Shown here one piece after another: positions 10,882 to 23,077 of a stretch of 64,000 nucleotides of DNA (position 1 is the stretch's first letter; every line of letters begins with the position of its first letter). The notes beneath the pieces were generated by a model, which saw only the letters and a list, made by a program, of their open reading frames with translations, was not told where the DNA came from and did no database searches. This stretch comes from Candidatus Omnitrophota bacterium (lineage in GTDB: Bacteria > Omnitrophota > Gorgyraeia > Zapsychrales > Fredricksoniimonadaceae). Both the position numbers and the translations under genes were made by a program. Where the stretch lies: NCBI GenBank assembly GCA_903908245.1, contig CAIVRE010000029.1:14266-78265 (forward strand), given 5' to 3'.

Positions 10882-10935
10882 GAGTCCTCCTCTTGTTTGC
10901 TCCGCCCCTTCGGGCCCGCGGAACAACAATTTTTA

Positions 10936-12048
10936 TTAATGAAAAAACTTGAATACCTTATCGATCAATCCGATCCGCTCAAAATCAAGATAGAACACAA
11001 AAACAGCAAGCACAATGATCAACGCAAAGCCGGTCCGGGCAATAACATCCTCGACCTTCAAAGACAACGCCTTCCCCCTTAGTTTTTCAAGAGCGATCAG
11101 CGCCAGATGACCGCCGTCCAGCGGGATAACAGGGAGAAGATTGAATATCGCGAGGCTTGCGCTAATAACACCCACCACATGCAGCAGGAACGAAACACCG
11201 ACAGCCGCGGCGAATTTAATAATAAAGAATATCCCGATCAATCCCGTCATGCCTTCCTTGGCCGACCGCTGACCGGTGATCATATCCCACAACGCACCGT
11301 AAGTCCGGGATGTCACCGACCATAACTCCTGCGCAGCTTTTCCCCAGGAGCCAATGACCCCGTACTTTCTCACGACCAGCTTATCTGCGGAAGAAGGCTC
11401 CGGTGCCTGGATGCCGATACGGCTGACCTGATGTTCACGACCGAACATATCTTTCGTTTTATGGAATTCCGGAGTCATCGGGACCGTCATTGAACGGCCT
11501 TCACGTAAAAATGACACTATAACGGGCTTGTCACCGGCGGTCGAAATATAATCCTGCATTTCCGACCAATTGGCAAAAACTTTCCCGTCGGCGGATTGGA
11601 TCAGGTCTCCGGAGCTCAAACCGGCCTTTTGCGCAGGAGAACCGGCAACAACCTTTCCGACGATCGCCGGGACATTCTTCTGGGTCGCGTCAAGATCGAT
11701 ATACCCGATCATAAAAACAAGAACAAAACAAAGATAGGCCAGCGCATAGTTGACGACCGGCCCCATCAACACGATCAAAGCCCGATGGCCATGAGATTTT
11801 GCAAAATATTCATCCACAGCCCCCTTGCAAAGCGAACGCTCGTCTCCGCTCATCTTGACAAACCCCCCCAGAGGGATCGCGCACAGGCAATACTCCGTCC
11901 CGCCGGAAACCCAGGAGAACAGTTTTGGCCCGAAACCCAGGGCGAACTGTTCCACCTTGACACCGACCCGCCTGGCAGCAAAGAAATGACCGGCCTCATG
12001 GACCATGATCAGGATACTCAGAATAAGAACAAAAAGAAGAATGGTCAT
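10936..12048 (-). CDS. rseP: RIP metalloprotease RseP
   Basis: HEAGH zinc motif, PDZ-like region, 'FNLLPVIPLDGGH'; follows dxr. Confidence 0.95.
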   Translation of the reverse strand: MTILLFVLILSILIMVHEAGHFFAARRVGVKVEQFALGFGPKLFSWVSGGTEYCLCAIPLGGFVKMSGDERSLCKGAVDEYFAKSHGHRALIVLMGPVVNYALAYLCFVLVFMIGYIDLDATQKNVPAIVGKVVAGSPAQKAGLSSGDLIQSADGKVFANWSEMQDYISTAGDKPVIVSFLREGRSMTVPMTPEFHKTKDMFGREHQVSRIGIQAPEPSSADKLVVRKYGVIGSWGKAAQELWSVTSRTYGALWDMITGQRSAKEGMTGLIGIFFIIKFAAAVGVSFLLHVVGVISASLAIFNLLPVIPLDGGHLALIALEKLRGKALSLKVEDVIARTGFALIIVLAVFVFYLDFERIGLIDKVFKFFH

Positions 12049-13202
12049 TTTCCCTTTCCTAAAAATCGCGTTGCCGCCGAACGGGCCCAGGCATCAGATT
12101 CCCTGATATTTTTTAATGATAATGTCCCGGACGCCCTGTGCGCGAGGACCGTACGCTCCACCACTTTATATATCCCCGTAAAAGATAATTTGCCGGACAG
12201 GAACGCCTCGACCGCGACCTCATTGGCCGCATTCAATACCGCCGGGAAAGTCCCTCTTCGGCGGGCGACTTCAAATGCCAGCGCAAGCGAGGGGAACTTG
12301 TCCAGGTCCGGAAGCTCGAACGTCAATTCTTTTAAAGCAACCAGGTCCAGCCCTTTGAATCCGGTATCAAGGCGCTGCGGATAGGTCAAAGCATACTGGA
12401 TCGGTATCCTCATGTCCGTAACATTCAACTGCGCGATCATTGCCCCGTCAATATATTCGACCAAGGAATGCACCAGTGCCTGGGGATGAATAACGACTTT
12501 TACCTGATCGACTGCAAGCGAAAAAAGCCGCTGCGCTTCAATGACCTCGAATCCCTTGTTCATCAAGGTTGCGGAATCAACTGTGATCTTGGCACCCATT
12601 TTCCAGCGCGGGTGTTTCAATACATCCTTCACGGTCAGTTGACGATGCCGGGACTTCGGCACCCTCAATAAAGCGCCTCCGGACGCCGTTAAATGGACAC
12701 ACCGCAAGTCTTCCCGACGATGCCCCTCAAGGCATTGAAAAATAGCGCTCTGCTCGCTGTCGACCGGAATGATCCTGGCTCCGCTCCGGTGCGCCTCCCG
12801 CATAAGGATATCCCCCGCGATAACCAGGGCTTCCTTGTTCGACGGCGCGACCTCTTTGCCTGCGCGGACTGCGCTTAAGAACGGGTCCAGCGCTGCGGAA
12901 CCGCTCATGGCAATAACAACTATATCCACCTGCTTTTCCGCAACAAGGGCTGCGAGGTCCCGCTCTACATCAAAGAACGCCGCCTTTTTCCCGAACATCG
13001 CAGACATCGACGGAATATGCGCCTGGGCGATCGCTACTTTATCCGGACGGAACTCGCGGATCTGTCTGGCTAAAAGCTCCACATTATTAAAAGCCGAAAG
13101 CAGGACAATATCAAATCGGCCTGAATGACGGCGGATCACATCGAGCGTATTAATGCCGATCGATCCTGTTGACCCTAATACCGCAACACGCTTTCTTATC
13201 AT
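12045..13202 (-). CDS. dxr: 1-deoxy-D-xylulose-5-phosphate reductoisomerase
   Basis: 'LGSTGSIG', 'NKEALV', 'PVDSEQSAIFQ', 'HPRWKMGAKITVDSATLMNKG'. Confidence 0.97.
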   Translation of the reverse strand: MIRKRVAVLGSTGSIGINTLDVIRRHSGRFDIVLLSAFNNVELLARQIREFRPDKVAIAQAHIPSMSAMFGKKAAFFDVERDLAALVAEKQVDIVVIAMSGSAALDPFLSAVRAGKEVAPSNKEALVIAGDILMREAHRSGARIIPVDSEQSAIFQCLEGHRREDLRCVHLTASGGALLRVPKSRHRQLTVKDVLKHPRWKMGAKITVDSATLMNKGFEVIEAQRLFSLAVDQVKVVIHPQALVHSLVEYIDGAMIAQLNVTDMRIPIQYALTYPQRLDTGFKGLDLVALKELTFELPDLDKFPSLALAFEVARRRGTFPAVLNAANEVAVEAFLSGKLSFTGIYKVVERTVLAHRASGTLSLKNIRESDAWARSAATRFLGKGK

Positions 13203-13207
13203 ATCCC

Positions 13208-14029
13208 TTAGATCGTATGCAACGCCGAACTGATATAGAGATAAAAAGCGGGCACTGAGAAAAGAAGGCTGTCAATGATATCCAATACCCCCCCGATCCC
13301 GGGAAGCAGGCTGCCGGAATCCTTCACATTGCAGTCCCTCTTGATCAGAGATTCCGACAGGTCCCCCAATTGCCCAAGCCCCCCGAAGAACGCCCCAACC
13401 AAAGCCACGAAGAACGGGGTGAACTGAGGCAAAGCCGGAAGCCAGGAACGGAACAATACAGCGACCAGCGCACTGACGAAGATCCCTCCCAGCGTCCCTT
13501 CGATCGTCTTGTTCGGGCTCACCTTTGGAAGCAAGGGATGTCGTCCAAACCGGGTGCCAATGACCAACGCCCCTATGTCTCCCGATTTTGTGACCAGAAT
13601 AATAAAAGCGACCAGCAAAGCGCCCTCCATCCCGGGTAACAGCAATCGTGTTTTTACCAAAAAACTGAAGAACCAGGATACATAAAGCACCCCGAAAAGG
13701 GTCGTGGAAAGGCCCAGGATCGCGTTGCGGTTGTCCTCCCGGTTGAACTGAAGCAAAAGGATGGTCAGAAATGCACAAACAATAAAAAGAAGCTCCCAGT
13801 TACGCGTCAACTCGAAACGGAAAAAGATAGAAAGGGGGATCAATAATCCGATGAATATCCCGGTATAACTGTAGATCGGGATATCTTTCTTTTTGATCAT
13901 GTAGAAGAATTCGTACAGGCCGCCGATCGTGATCCCGCAGATCGTTGCGATAAAACACCACTGGTTTAACACTGCAAAAACAGTGACCAGAACAGCCAGA
14001 GCGCCGCTGACAAGACGCATGGGGTTCAT
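13208..14029 (-). CDS. cdsA: Phosphatidate cytidylyltransferase
   Basis: Multi-TM protein with 'SPNKTIEG' and 'GDLSESLIKRDCNVKDSGSLLPGIGGVLDIIDS'. Confidence 0.95.
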   Translation of the reverse strand: MNPMRLVSGALAVLVTVFAVLNQWCFIATICGITIGGLYEFFYMIKKKDIPIYSYTGIFIGLLIPLSIFFRFELTRNWELLFIVCAFLTILLLQFNREDNRNAILGLSTTLFGVLYVSWFFSFLVKTRLLLPGMEGALLVAFIILVTKSGDIGALVIGTRFGRHPLLPKVSPNKTIEGTLGGIFVSALVAVLFRSWLPALPQFTPFFVALVGAFFGGLGQLGDLSESLIKRDCNVKDSGSLLPGIGGVLDIIDSLLFSVPAFYLYISSALHTI

Positions 14030-14745
14030 GTCTTTTCCTCTTTAGCGTTCACATCGCCGAACCTGCGCGTACGGCCCGCAAAATCACGGATCGCCTTGTC
14101 GAGCTCATCCGCTGTAAAATCCGGCCAGAATTTATCTGTAAAATAAAACTCCGCATAAGACAATTGCCATAAAAGAAAGTTGCTGATCCTCATTTCCCCT
14201 GACGTGCGGATCAAAAGGTCCGGATCAGGCAACCCGTCTGTGTAAAGGTAACGGGAGAACGACTTCTCATCAAGGTCCTTTAATGCGGCACGCCCGGCAA
14301 GGAGGTCCGAACCGAAATCCCTCACCGCATCGAGTATCTCCTGGCGACCGCCATAATTGAACGCGATGTTCAGGATAAGGCCGGTATTGCCCTTTGTATA
14401 TTCTACGGCCTGATCGAATGCCTGCAATACTGTCTGCGGGGCTCCCTCCCGACGGCCGGACAAATGGAACCGAATATTATTCTCATGCAGGCTTCGCAAT
14501 TTCTGCGACAGGACGCTCACCATGGTCTGCATCAGCATGGAAACTTCATTGGCCGGACGAGTCCAGTTCTCGGTAGAAAACGTGTAAAGTGTAAGGACTT
14601 TAACGCCCTGCTTGGCCGCAGCATGAACGATCTCGTCGACCCGCTTTACACCCTCGATATGCCCCTGGGTGCGTACCAGGCCCCGGGCTTTCGCCCAGCG
14701 CCCATTACCATCCATAATGATCGCGATATGTTGCGGGATTACCAT
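14026..14745 (-). CDS. uppS: Undecaprenyl diphosphate synthase (isoprenyl transferase)
   Basis: 'HIAIIMDGNGRWA', 'FSTENWTRP', 'DPDLLIRTSGEMRISNFLLWQ'. Confidence 0.97.
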   Translation of the reverse strand: MVIPQHIAIIMDGNGRWAKARGLVRTQGHIEGVKRVDEIVHAAAKQGVKVLTLYTFSTENWTRPANEVSMLMQTMVSVLSQKLRSLHENNIRFHLSGRREGAPQTVLQAFDQAVEYTKGNTGLILNIAFNYGGRQEILDAVRDFGSDLLAGRAALKDLDEKSFSRYLYTDGLPDPDLLIRTSGEMRISNFLLWQLSYAEFYFTDKFWPDFTADELDKAIRDFAGRTRRFGDVNAKEEKT

Positions 14746-14791
14746 AAGATTATCAGAAAGAGTGACTTAACATACCCCTGCCCCGGACAAA

Positions 14792-15283
14792 CTACTTCCC
14801 CAATAACGCTTTACGGGCGTCCTCGGCCGCTTTTGCTTCTGCTTCCGCTTTTTCTTTCTCAGCCAGAGCTTCCGCGGTCGCTTTCGCGACTTCTGCGGCA
14901 GCCAGGTTTTCAGCGCGTACGGCAGAATCGGCCCTGGCCTGCAATGTCTCCTGCATATCCAACGCGCTCTTCAGATTCTTTTCCAGGCTATCTTTCCTCT
15001 CCGAAAGTTTATTAAACTCGGTCTTGATCCCACTCTTTTCTTCACGTTCCCTGTCAAGAGACTCCTGGGCCCTGGATAATTTCACTTGCGTGGTCTGAAG
15101 GTCCGCCTCCAGTTTCTTAATGCGATAATCACCTTTCTGCAATTCTTCTTCTGCCACCATCCGGCTGTAGCGCTCCTGGTTAAGGACCCGGGTCACCTCC
15201 TGATTCTCCTTATAGAAATAGGAGATCACCGCGATAGCCCCGGCAAAAACAAGAATGGCCAGAATAAAGGTGGTTTTTTTCAT
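14792..15283 (-). CDS. Membrane-anchored coiled-coil protein of unknown function
   Basis: N-terminal TM helix, long heptad-rich region, Ala/Glu/Lys-rich tail; sits in the operon between ompA-like gene and uppS. Confidence 0.75.
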   Translation of the reverse strand: MKKTTFILAILVFAGAIAVISYFYKENQEVTRVLNQERYSRMVAEEELQKGDYRIKKLEADLQTTQVKLSRAQESLDREREEKSGIKTEFNKLSERKDSLEKNLKSALDMQETLQARADSAVRAENLAAAEVAKATAEALAEKEKAEAEAKAAEDARKALLGK

Positions 15284-15286
15284 GGA

Positions 15287-15898
15287 TCAACCCTTGTTCT
15301 CGTTCTTTAAAGGCCGTGGCAAGATAATGATCTCAACACGACGGTTCTTTTGTCGGTCCTGCGCAATATCATTCCCGGCAACAGGACGATATTCACCGTA
15401 TCCTATGGCTGCAAGACGCTGAGGAGCCACTTGTTTCTCGATCAGGTAATGAAGAACGCTCAAAGCCCGGGCTGAAGACAATTCCCAGTTCGATTTCCAC
15501 CCTGAATGCTTGATCGGGACGTTATCCGTATGCCCTTCGATCCCTATCCCCAGGTCCGGGACGATATTCTGAATAACACTGGCGACCTTTTCCAGTTTCT
15601 CGAGAGAATCACCCTTAAGATCGGACCTGCCGGAATCGAACAGCACTTCTGCGACAAAGGTAATGACCAGGCCCTTTTCCAGCATCTCGACCTTGACCTG
15701 TTTGTCGGCGATCTCCTTGGCAAGGCGCTCTTCGAGCTCCTGCCTGGCACGCTCCAGTTCGCCAAGTTCGCTTTTTAATTTCGATATCTTTTCAATATCG
15801 ACCCGACGCCCTTTCTGAAAAATAACCGTACATCCGCTCAAAGCCAGCACCAGACTTAACGCAAGAACAGGCATAAAGGACAAGCGTGATATGTGCAT
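15287..15898 (-). CDS. OmpA/MotB-family peptidoglycan-binding lipoprotein with coiled coil
   Basis: Lipobox 'LSGC' (Cys23), coiled coil, OmpA C-domain 'IEGHTDNVP', 'NWELSSARA', 'GYGEYRP', 'NRRVEI'; SD AAGGAGG. Confidence 0.9.
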   Translation of the reverse strand: MHISRLSFMPVLALSLVLALSGCTVIFQKGRRVDIEKISKLKSELGELERARQELEERLAKEIADKQVKVEMLEKGLVITFVAEVLFDSGRSDLKGDSLEKLEKVASVIQNIVPDLGIGIEGHTDNVPIKHSGWKSNWELSSARALSVLHYLIEKQVAPQRLAAIGYGEYRPVAGNDIAQDRQKNRRVEIIILPRPLKNENKG

Positions 15899-15975
15899 CT
15901 TAGACCTCCTTAAAAAGTGTTCATTCCCGAACGCTACGACAGCCCATCAGGCTGACGAGCGGCAGGGAGTTTCCT

Positions 15976-17970
<1,995 letters not shown>

Positions 17971-17971
<1 letters not shown>

Positions 17972-19563
17972 TAGACCTTTAACATCTTAACGAACTGGAT
18001 GCCTTTTGTGTTCTTTAACCCGTCAATAACATTTTGAGGGACCGGCCCGTCCACATTGACCACGCTGACCGCGGTCGCTCCCTGCTTTTCACGGCCAAAA
18101 GTAATATATGCAATATTGATCCCGGCATTGCCTAATGCCAGGCCAACCGCCCCCACGATCCCCGGGATATCATTATTGCGGATAAAGAGGATATCTCCCG
18201 ACGGAACCGCCTCGACGTACACGTTGCCGACTTTGACGATCCGCGGCTGTTTGTTGGCCGATAATGTCCCCAAGACAACAAGCGTCGACTTATCCGTCAC
18301 CAATTCCAGCGTAATAGCGTTAACGAATTCCCCTTCGGCATTGGAATGGACCTCCTGGATATCAATCCCGCGCTCCTTGGCGATATCCAATGAATTTATG
18401 GCATTGATATTATCCACCAGGATCGGTTTAAGGACACCATGCGCGACCGCCATGGTGACCGGTATAACATTGAACTTTGTCAGAATGCCGTTATAAGTGA
18501 TCCGGATCGCCTTGATCCCGCCGTCCAATAACTGGCCGGCGAACTTCCCAAGCTTGTCGCCAAGATCAATGTAAGGCTCAAGCGTTTTATATGATTCCTC
18601 ATCCAGAGACGGAAAATTCGCCGCGTTACGGATGCCCTTGCCCAACAGGGCATCGCGCACCGTATAGGCGATCTCAATAGCTACATTGACCTGAGCCTCG
18701 GCGGTCGATGCCCCCAAATGCGGGGTCATGACACAATTATCAAGTTTTAAGAAAGGGCAGTCCGGCTTAATAGGCTCATCATCATAAACATCAAGCGCAG
18801 CACCGGCGATCCGCTTTGTCTCCAGCGCGGCCGCCAGGGCCGCCTCGTCAATGATCCCGCCGCGGGCGCAATTGATCAGGCGGACCGTCTTCTTCATCAT
18901 CGCGATCTCTTTCGCGCCGATTATCCCATTGGTCTCTTCGGTCTTCGGAACATGCACCGTAATGAAGTCCGAATTTTTGACCAGGTCCTCGAGCGTCGAG
19001 ACCGTGATCCCGCGCTTGGCCGCCATCTCCGCCGAGAGGAAAGGATCATAGGCCTTGACGGTCATGCCAAAACCCTGCGCGAACTTTGCTACGGTCGAGC
19101 CTATCCGGCCAAGGCCGATAACACCCAGGACTTTGCCATAAAGCTCGATCCCCTGGAACTTGTTGCGCTCCCATTTGCCGGCTTTCATTGATCCATGCGC
19201 CTGCGGGATATTGCGCGCCAGGGCCATGATCAGGCTGAACGCATGCTCAGCCGTCGATGTGGTATTGCCACCCGGCGTATTCATGGCAATGATGCCTTTT
19301 TTTGTAGCCGCCTTCAAGTCCACATTGTCCAGGCCGACTCCGGCACGGCCGATGACCTTAAGCTTTGACGCCGCAGCAATGATATCATCCGTCACCTGGG
19401 TCCCCGAGCGGATCACCAACGCATCATAATCCTTGATCGCCGCTTTTAGGGTCTCCGGCGTATGATCATACTTGGTGTCGACCTCAAAAACACCGCCATC
19501 CCTCAAGATGCTTAAACCTTCTTCCGCCAATTTATCACTGACCAAAATCCTCATTTTTGACAT
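17971..19563 (-). CDS. serA: D-3-phosphoglycerate dehydrogenase (long form with ASB and ACT domains)
   Basis: 'IGRAGVGLDNVD', 'GVIGLGRIG', 'INCARGG', 'TPHLGAST'; C-terminal ACT domain. Confidence 0.96.
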
Positions 19564-19594
19564 GATGCTCTCCTGAAAATTACCATAAATTTAA

Positions 19595-19623
19595 ATTATA
19601 ACAATAATCAGGGAGGTTTGGAA
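19595..19623 (-). promoter_or_regulatory. Putative sigma70 promoter for serA
   Basis: Minus strand TTCCAA-17 nt-TATAAT with extended TG (TGTTATAAT). Confidence 0.5.
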
Positions 19624-19630
19624 CCCTCCC
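19611..19630 (-). terminator. Hairpin after the class V aminotransferase gene (possible terminator)
   Basis: GGGAGG...CCTCCC stem followed on the minus strand by T-rich TGATTATTGTT. Confidence 0.45.
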
Positions 19631-19661
19631 CACAACGAATATATCAAAAACACTTTGCCCT

Positions 19662-20807
19662 TTAACTATTCAATACTTTTTGCGCGGCCGCCAGGCTGGC
19701 CCCGAGTTCAAACTTATGGCCGGCCTCTTTTAAAACTTTTTCCAGGCATGACAATCCGGTCAGGATGTCGTACTCATCAACAGCCCCCATATGCGCAATA
19801 CGCACAATTTTTCCATCCAGGTCCCCCTGCCCGCCGGCCATGGTTATCCCGTGGACATCACGCATGGTCTTGACAAGCTTTTTCGGGTTAAGCGCTTCCG
19901 GTATCAGGATGGCCGTAAGCCCTCTTGAACGGTACTTTGGCTGGGCATAAACACTGAGACCTATCGCTTCCACCCCGGCCCAGACCGCTTTTGCCATCTT
20001 GAGATAATATTCCTGTTTTTTATCGAGCCCTTCGGCCAGGAGCATCTTAACCGCCTCATTCAGGGCGATAATGATATTGATCGCGGGGGTAAAAGGTGTA
20101 TCCGTATCCGCCAGCGCCTTGCGTGATTTGCGCAGGTCAAAATAAAAACGGATATTCGTTGAAGATTCGATCATCGCGATCGCCTTGGCACTGGCCGCCA
20201 CGATCCCGACGCCCGGAGGGAGCATCAGCCCTTTATGAGAGCCGGAACACACCACGTCGACACCCCACTCATCCATCTTCATCGGTTCAGTGCCTAGAGC
20301 ACTGACCGCGTCAACGACCAGCGCTGTTGGCGTATCCTTTACGACCGCGCCGATCCCGGCCATATCCGGGGTAGCCGACGTGGACGTTTCACACTGGGTC
20401 AGAAAAATAACTTTTGCATCGGGATGCGCGACCAGCGCTGCCTTGACTTCTTCCGGTGTAATGGTCCGGCCCCATTCGATCTTGAGCGTAACCGCATTAA
20501 GTTTATAAGCTTTGGCCAGCGACGCCCAGCGTTCACCGAACTTCCCGTATTCGACCGTGATCACTTTATCTCCAGGCGACGCCAGATTAGCCACTGCTGC
20601 TTCCATAGCCCCTGTTCCGGACGAGGCCAGCAAATACACTTCACTCGAAGTGTTAATGATCTTCTTTAACCCTTCGGTCAGCTCTTTTAATATCTGCTGG
20701 AATTGCGGTGTGCGGTGATGAATGATCGGCTTGCCCAATACTTCGCAAAGTTCAACAGGGACTTTCGACGGTCCCGGCGTAAGTAATAACCCCTTTTTCA
20801 TAAACAA
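19662..20807 (-). CDS. Class V PLP aminotransferase (alanine-glyoxylate/serine-pyruvate family; probable phosphoserine aminotransferase)
   Basis: 'LLTPGP', 'HHRTPQF', 'SSGTGAMEA', 'VVDAVS', PLP lysine in 'SGSHKGLMLPPG'; adjacent to serA. Confidence 0.9.
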   Translation of the reverse strand: MFMKKGLLLTPGPSKVPVELCEVLGKPIIHHRTPQFQQILKELTEGLKKIINTSSEVYLLASSGTGAMEAAVANLASPGDKVITVEYGKFGERWASLAKAYKLNAVTLKIEWGRTITPEEVKAALVAHPDAKVIFLTQCETSTSATPDMAGIGAVVKDTPTALVVDAVSALGTEPMKMDEWGVDVVCSGSHKGLMLPPGVGIVAASAKAIAMIESSTNIRFYFDLRKSRKALADTDTPFTPAINIIIALNEAVKMLLAEGLDKKQEYYLKMAKAVWAGVEAIGLSVYAQPKYRSRGLTAILIPEALNPKKLVKTMRDVHGITMAGGQGDLDGKIVRIAHMGAVDEYDILTGLSCLEKVLKEAGHKFELGASLAAAQKVLNS

Positions 20808-20831
20808 ATCCCTTCCCGGATCTTAATATCG

Positions 20832-21446
20832 TTATGGCTTCACAATCGGGTTGATTGGCAATGTCGCGATCACTTCATCAACAAGGCCATATTCCTTGGC
20901 CTCCTGGGACGACATAAAGAAATCCCGGTCCGAATCCTTAAGTACCTTCTCGATCGGTTGATTGCAATGTTTGGCAATAATCGCCGATAGATTCTGTTTC
21001 ATGCGCAGGATCTCCTGGGCCTGGATGGAAATGTCACTGGCCGTGCCTTCCGCGCCGCCCCAGGGCTGATGGATCATGATGCGCGCATTGGGCAAGGAAA
21101 AACGTTTCCCCGTTGCTCCCGCTGTCAAAAGCACCGCACCCATACTTGCCGCCTGCCCCATGCAGTATGTGCAAACCTTCGGCTTGACGAATTGCATTGT
21201 GTCGTAGATGGCCAGCCCCGCGGTCACAGAACCGCCGGGCGAGTTAATGTAAATACTGATATCTTTTTCCGCGTCCTCGGATTGAAGGAACAAAAGCTGG
21301 GCAACCACAAGGTTCGCAACCACATCGTCTATTGCAGTCCCAAGAAAAATGATGCGCTCTTTTAAAAGACGGGAAAAGATATCATACGCGCGCTCGGCAT
21401 GCCCCGTATTCTCAACGACCATCGGGACCAGATTGGCTCTTATCAT
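20832..21446 (-). CDS. clpP: ATP-dependent Clp protease proteolytic subunit
   Basis: '[14 protein letters not shown]', 'YINSPGGSV', 'GQAASMGA', 'IMIHQP', 'DRDFFMS'; start ATG 21446 preceded by GGAGG. Confidence 0.97.
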   Translation of the reverse strand: MIRANLVPMVVENTGHAERAYDIFSRLLKERIIFLGTAIDDVVANLVVAQLLFLQSEDAEKDISIYINSPGGSVTAGLAIYDTMQFVKPKVCTYCMGQAASMGAVLLTAGATGKRFSLPNARIMIHQPWGGAEGTASDISIQAQEILRMKQNLSAIIAKHCNQPIEKVLKDSDRDFFMSSQEAKEYGLVDEVIATLPINPIVKP

Positions 21447-22336
21447 TTCGCATCCTCCCATTTCGCCTCTTTCAATAAGAATTCCATTACTTTCACCGTA
21501 AGGTTCTCTTCTTTCTCCGGTCTGATATTCTCCTTAAGCGCTATCTTCTGCAGGACCAGGAACGTTTTCACATCCTTCTCGGCCGCCTCCCGGATCTCTT
21601 TCATGGCTTCTTCCACTTTCTTGTCGACGGCATCATCTTTGGCCCCGTACTGCTTCAGGCGGCGCTTGAATTCCTCGATGCGCCCGTAAAGCTGGCGCTC
21701 GACAAGCGACTGCGGAGCGTCAAGCTGGGTCTTCCTGAGCAGTTCTTCCACCAGCTGATTCTCGACGTCCGTCCGGTTCTGGCGCTCTTTATCGTACTCC
21801 AGGTTGCGTTTGAGCGCTGTCTTGAATTCTTCCAGTGTCGGGAACCCCACACTTTTGGCGAAAGCATCATCCAGTACTGCGTTTTCGTCGATCCCGCGGC
21901 CTTTCTTGAAGAACTCCAGCGTTTTATTAAGCTCTTCTTCCGAAACAACGGCATTCTTTTTGGAGATCGAGATCCCTTTGTAATCTTTAATATCGAATTC
22001 CGGGCGGATATCGATCGTGGCACGGAAGACCAACGCCCCGTCTTTCATTTCCACCTGGTCGATCGCCGGGAAATCAATAGGGTCCAGCTTCTCGGACTTG
22101 AGGCCTTCCTGGTAAACCTCGGGAATAAGGCTTTTAAGCATTTCTTCTTTTGCTGTTTTGCCGTGGGCGGTCTCGACCAGGTTCCTGGGAGCCTTGCCCG
22201 GGCGGAAACCGGGGATCCGGGCATGCTTGACAATATCGGAAAGGACCTCGCCGGTCTTTACGGCAACACGTTCCTTAGGGACCTCGAAATTCATTTCACG
22301 CCTTAATGCACCGATTTTCTTGACTGATACTTTCAT
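21443..22336 (-). CDS. tig: Trigger factor (short, lacking FKBP PPIase domain)
   Basis: Ribosome-binding motif '[10 protein letters not shown]'; C-domain '[18 protein letters not shown]'; upstream of clpP. Confidence 0.9.
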   Translation of the reverse strand: MKVSVKKIGALRREMNFEVPKERVAVKTGEVLSDIVKHARIPGFRPGKAPRNLVETAHGKTAKEEMLKSLIPEVYQEGLKSEKLDPIDFPAIDQVEMKDGALVFRATIDIRPEFDIKDYKGISISKKNAVVSEEELNKTLEFFKKGRGIDENAVLDDAFAKSVGFPTLEEFKTALKRNLEYDKERQNRTDVENQLVEELLRKTQLDAPQSLVERQLYGRIEEFKRRLKQYGAKDDAVDKKVEEAMKEIREAAEKDVKTFLVLQKIALKENIRPEKEENLTVKVMEFLLKEAKWEDAK

Positions 22337-22344
22337 ATACCCTT

Positions 22345-23067
22345 TCACATTGTGAATTTTTCGCCCAAATACACTTTCCTTGCTTTTGGGTCATTGATCA
22401 AATCCTGCGCGGAACCGGCGATCATGATCCGCCCCTCGGCCACCAGATAAGCTCTATCGACGATAGAAAGCGTTTCGCGGACATTATGGTCTGTTAATAA
22501 TATACCCAAACCCCTTTTTTTCAAGTCTTTGATGATCTCCTGCGCTTCCGCCACAACGATCGGATCGATCCCCGAAAAAGGCTCGTCAAGCAGAAGGAAC
22601 GACGGGTTCGTCACCAGTGCGCGCGTGATCTCCAGCCGCCGGCGTTCCCCTCCGGAGAGGGTATACGCCTTGCTCCTGGCCAAATGCGCGATATTGAGTT
22701 CTTCGAGCAGAGACTCGAGCCGCCGCCGACGTTCGCGCAGACCTATATCCAGGGTCTCAAGGACCGCCATGATGTTCTCTTCCACCGTCAGCTTCCGGAA
22801 AATGGACGGCTCCTGGGCAAGATACCCCATCCCCAGGCGGCAGCGCTCATGGATAGGCTTATTGGTAATATCTTCCTGGTCAAAGAATATACTGCCGCGG
22901 TCCGGCCTGACGATCCCGACCGCCATATAAAAAGAGGTCGTTTTCCCCGCGCCATTGGGCCCCAGCAAACCGACGATCTCGGACCGGCCGACGGTCAGGC
23001 TGAGGCCGTTCACGACCGAACGGCCGTTATAGATTTTGACAAGATCTTTGACTTCCAGAAGGTCCAT
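22345..23067 (-). CDS. lptB: LPS export ABC transporter ATP-binding protein
   Basis: 'GLLGPNGAGKTT', 'YLAQEPSIFRKL', 'LSGGERRRLEI', 'LLDEPFSGIDP', 'TDHNVRETL'; start at MDLLEV. Confidence 0.97.
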   Translation of the reverse strand: MDLLEVKDLVKIYNGRSVVNGLSLTVGRSEIVGLLGPNGAGKTTSFYMAVGIVRPDRGSIFFDQEDITNKPIHERCRLGMGYLAQEPSIFRKLTVEENIMAVLETLDIGLRERRRRLESLLEELNIAHLARSKAYTLSGGERRRLEITRALVTNPSFLLLDEPFSGIDPIVVAEAQEIIKDLKKRGLGILLTDHNVRETLSIVDRAYLVAEGRIMIAGSAQDLINDPKARKVYLGEKFTM

Positions 23068-23077
23068 AAGGTCTCTT

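Noticed and set aside
19662-20807. Unusual serine pathway lacking canonical serC
   Set aside because: A class V aminotransferase next to serA is a common, known arrangement.
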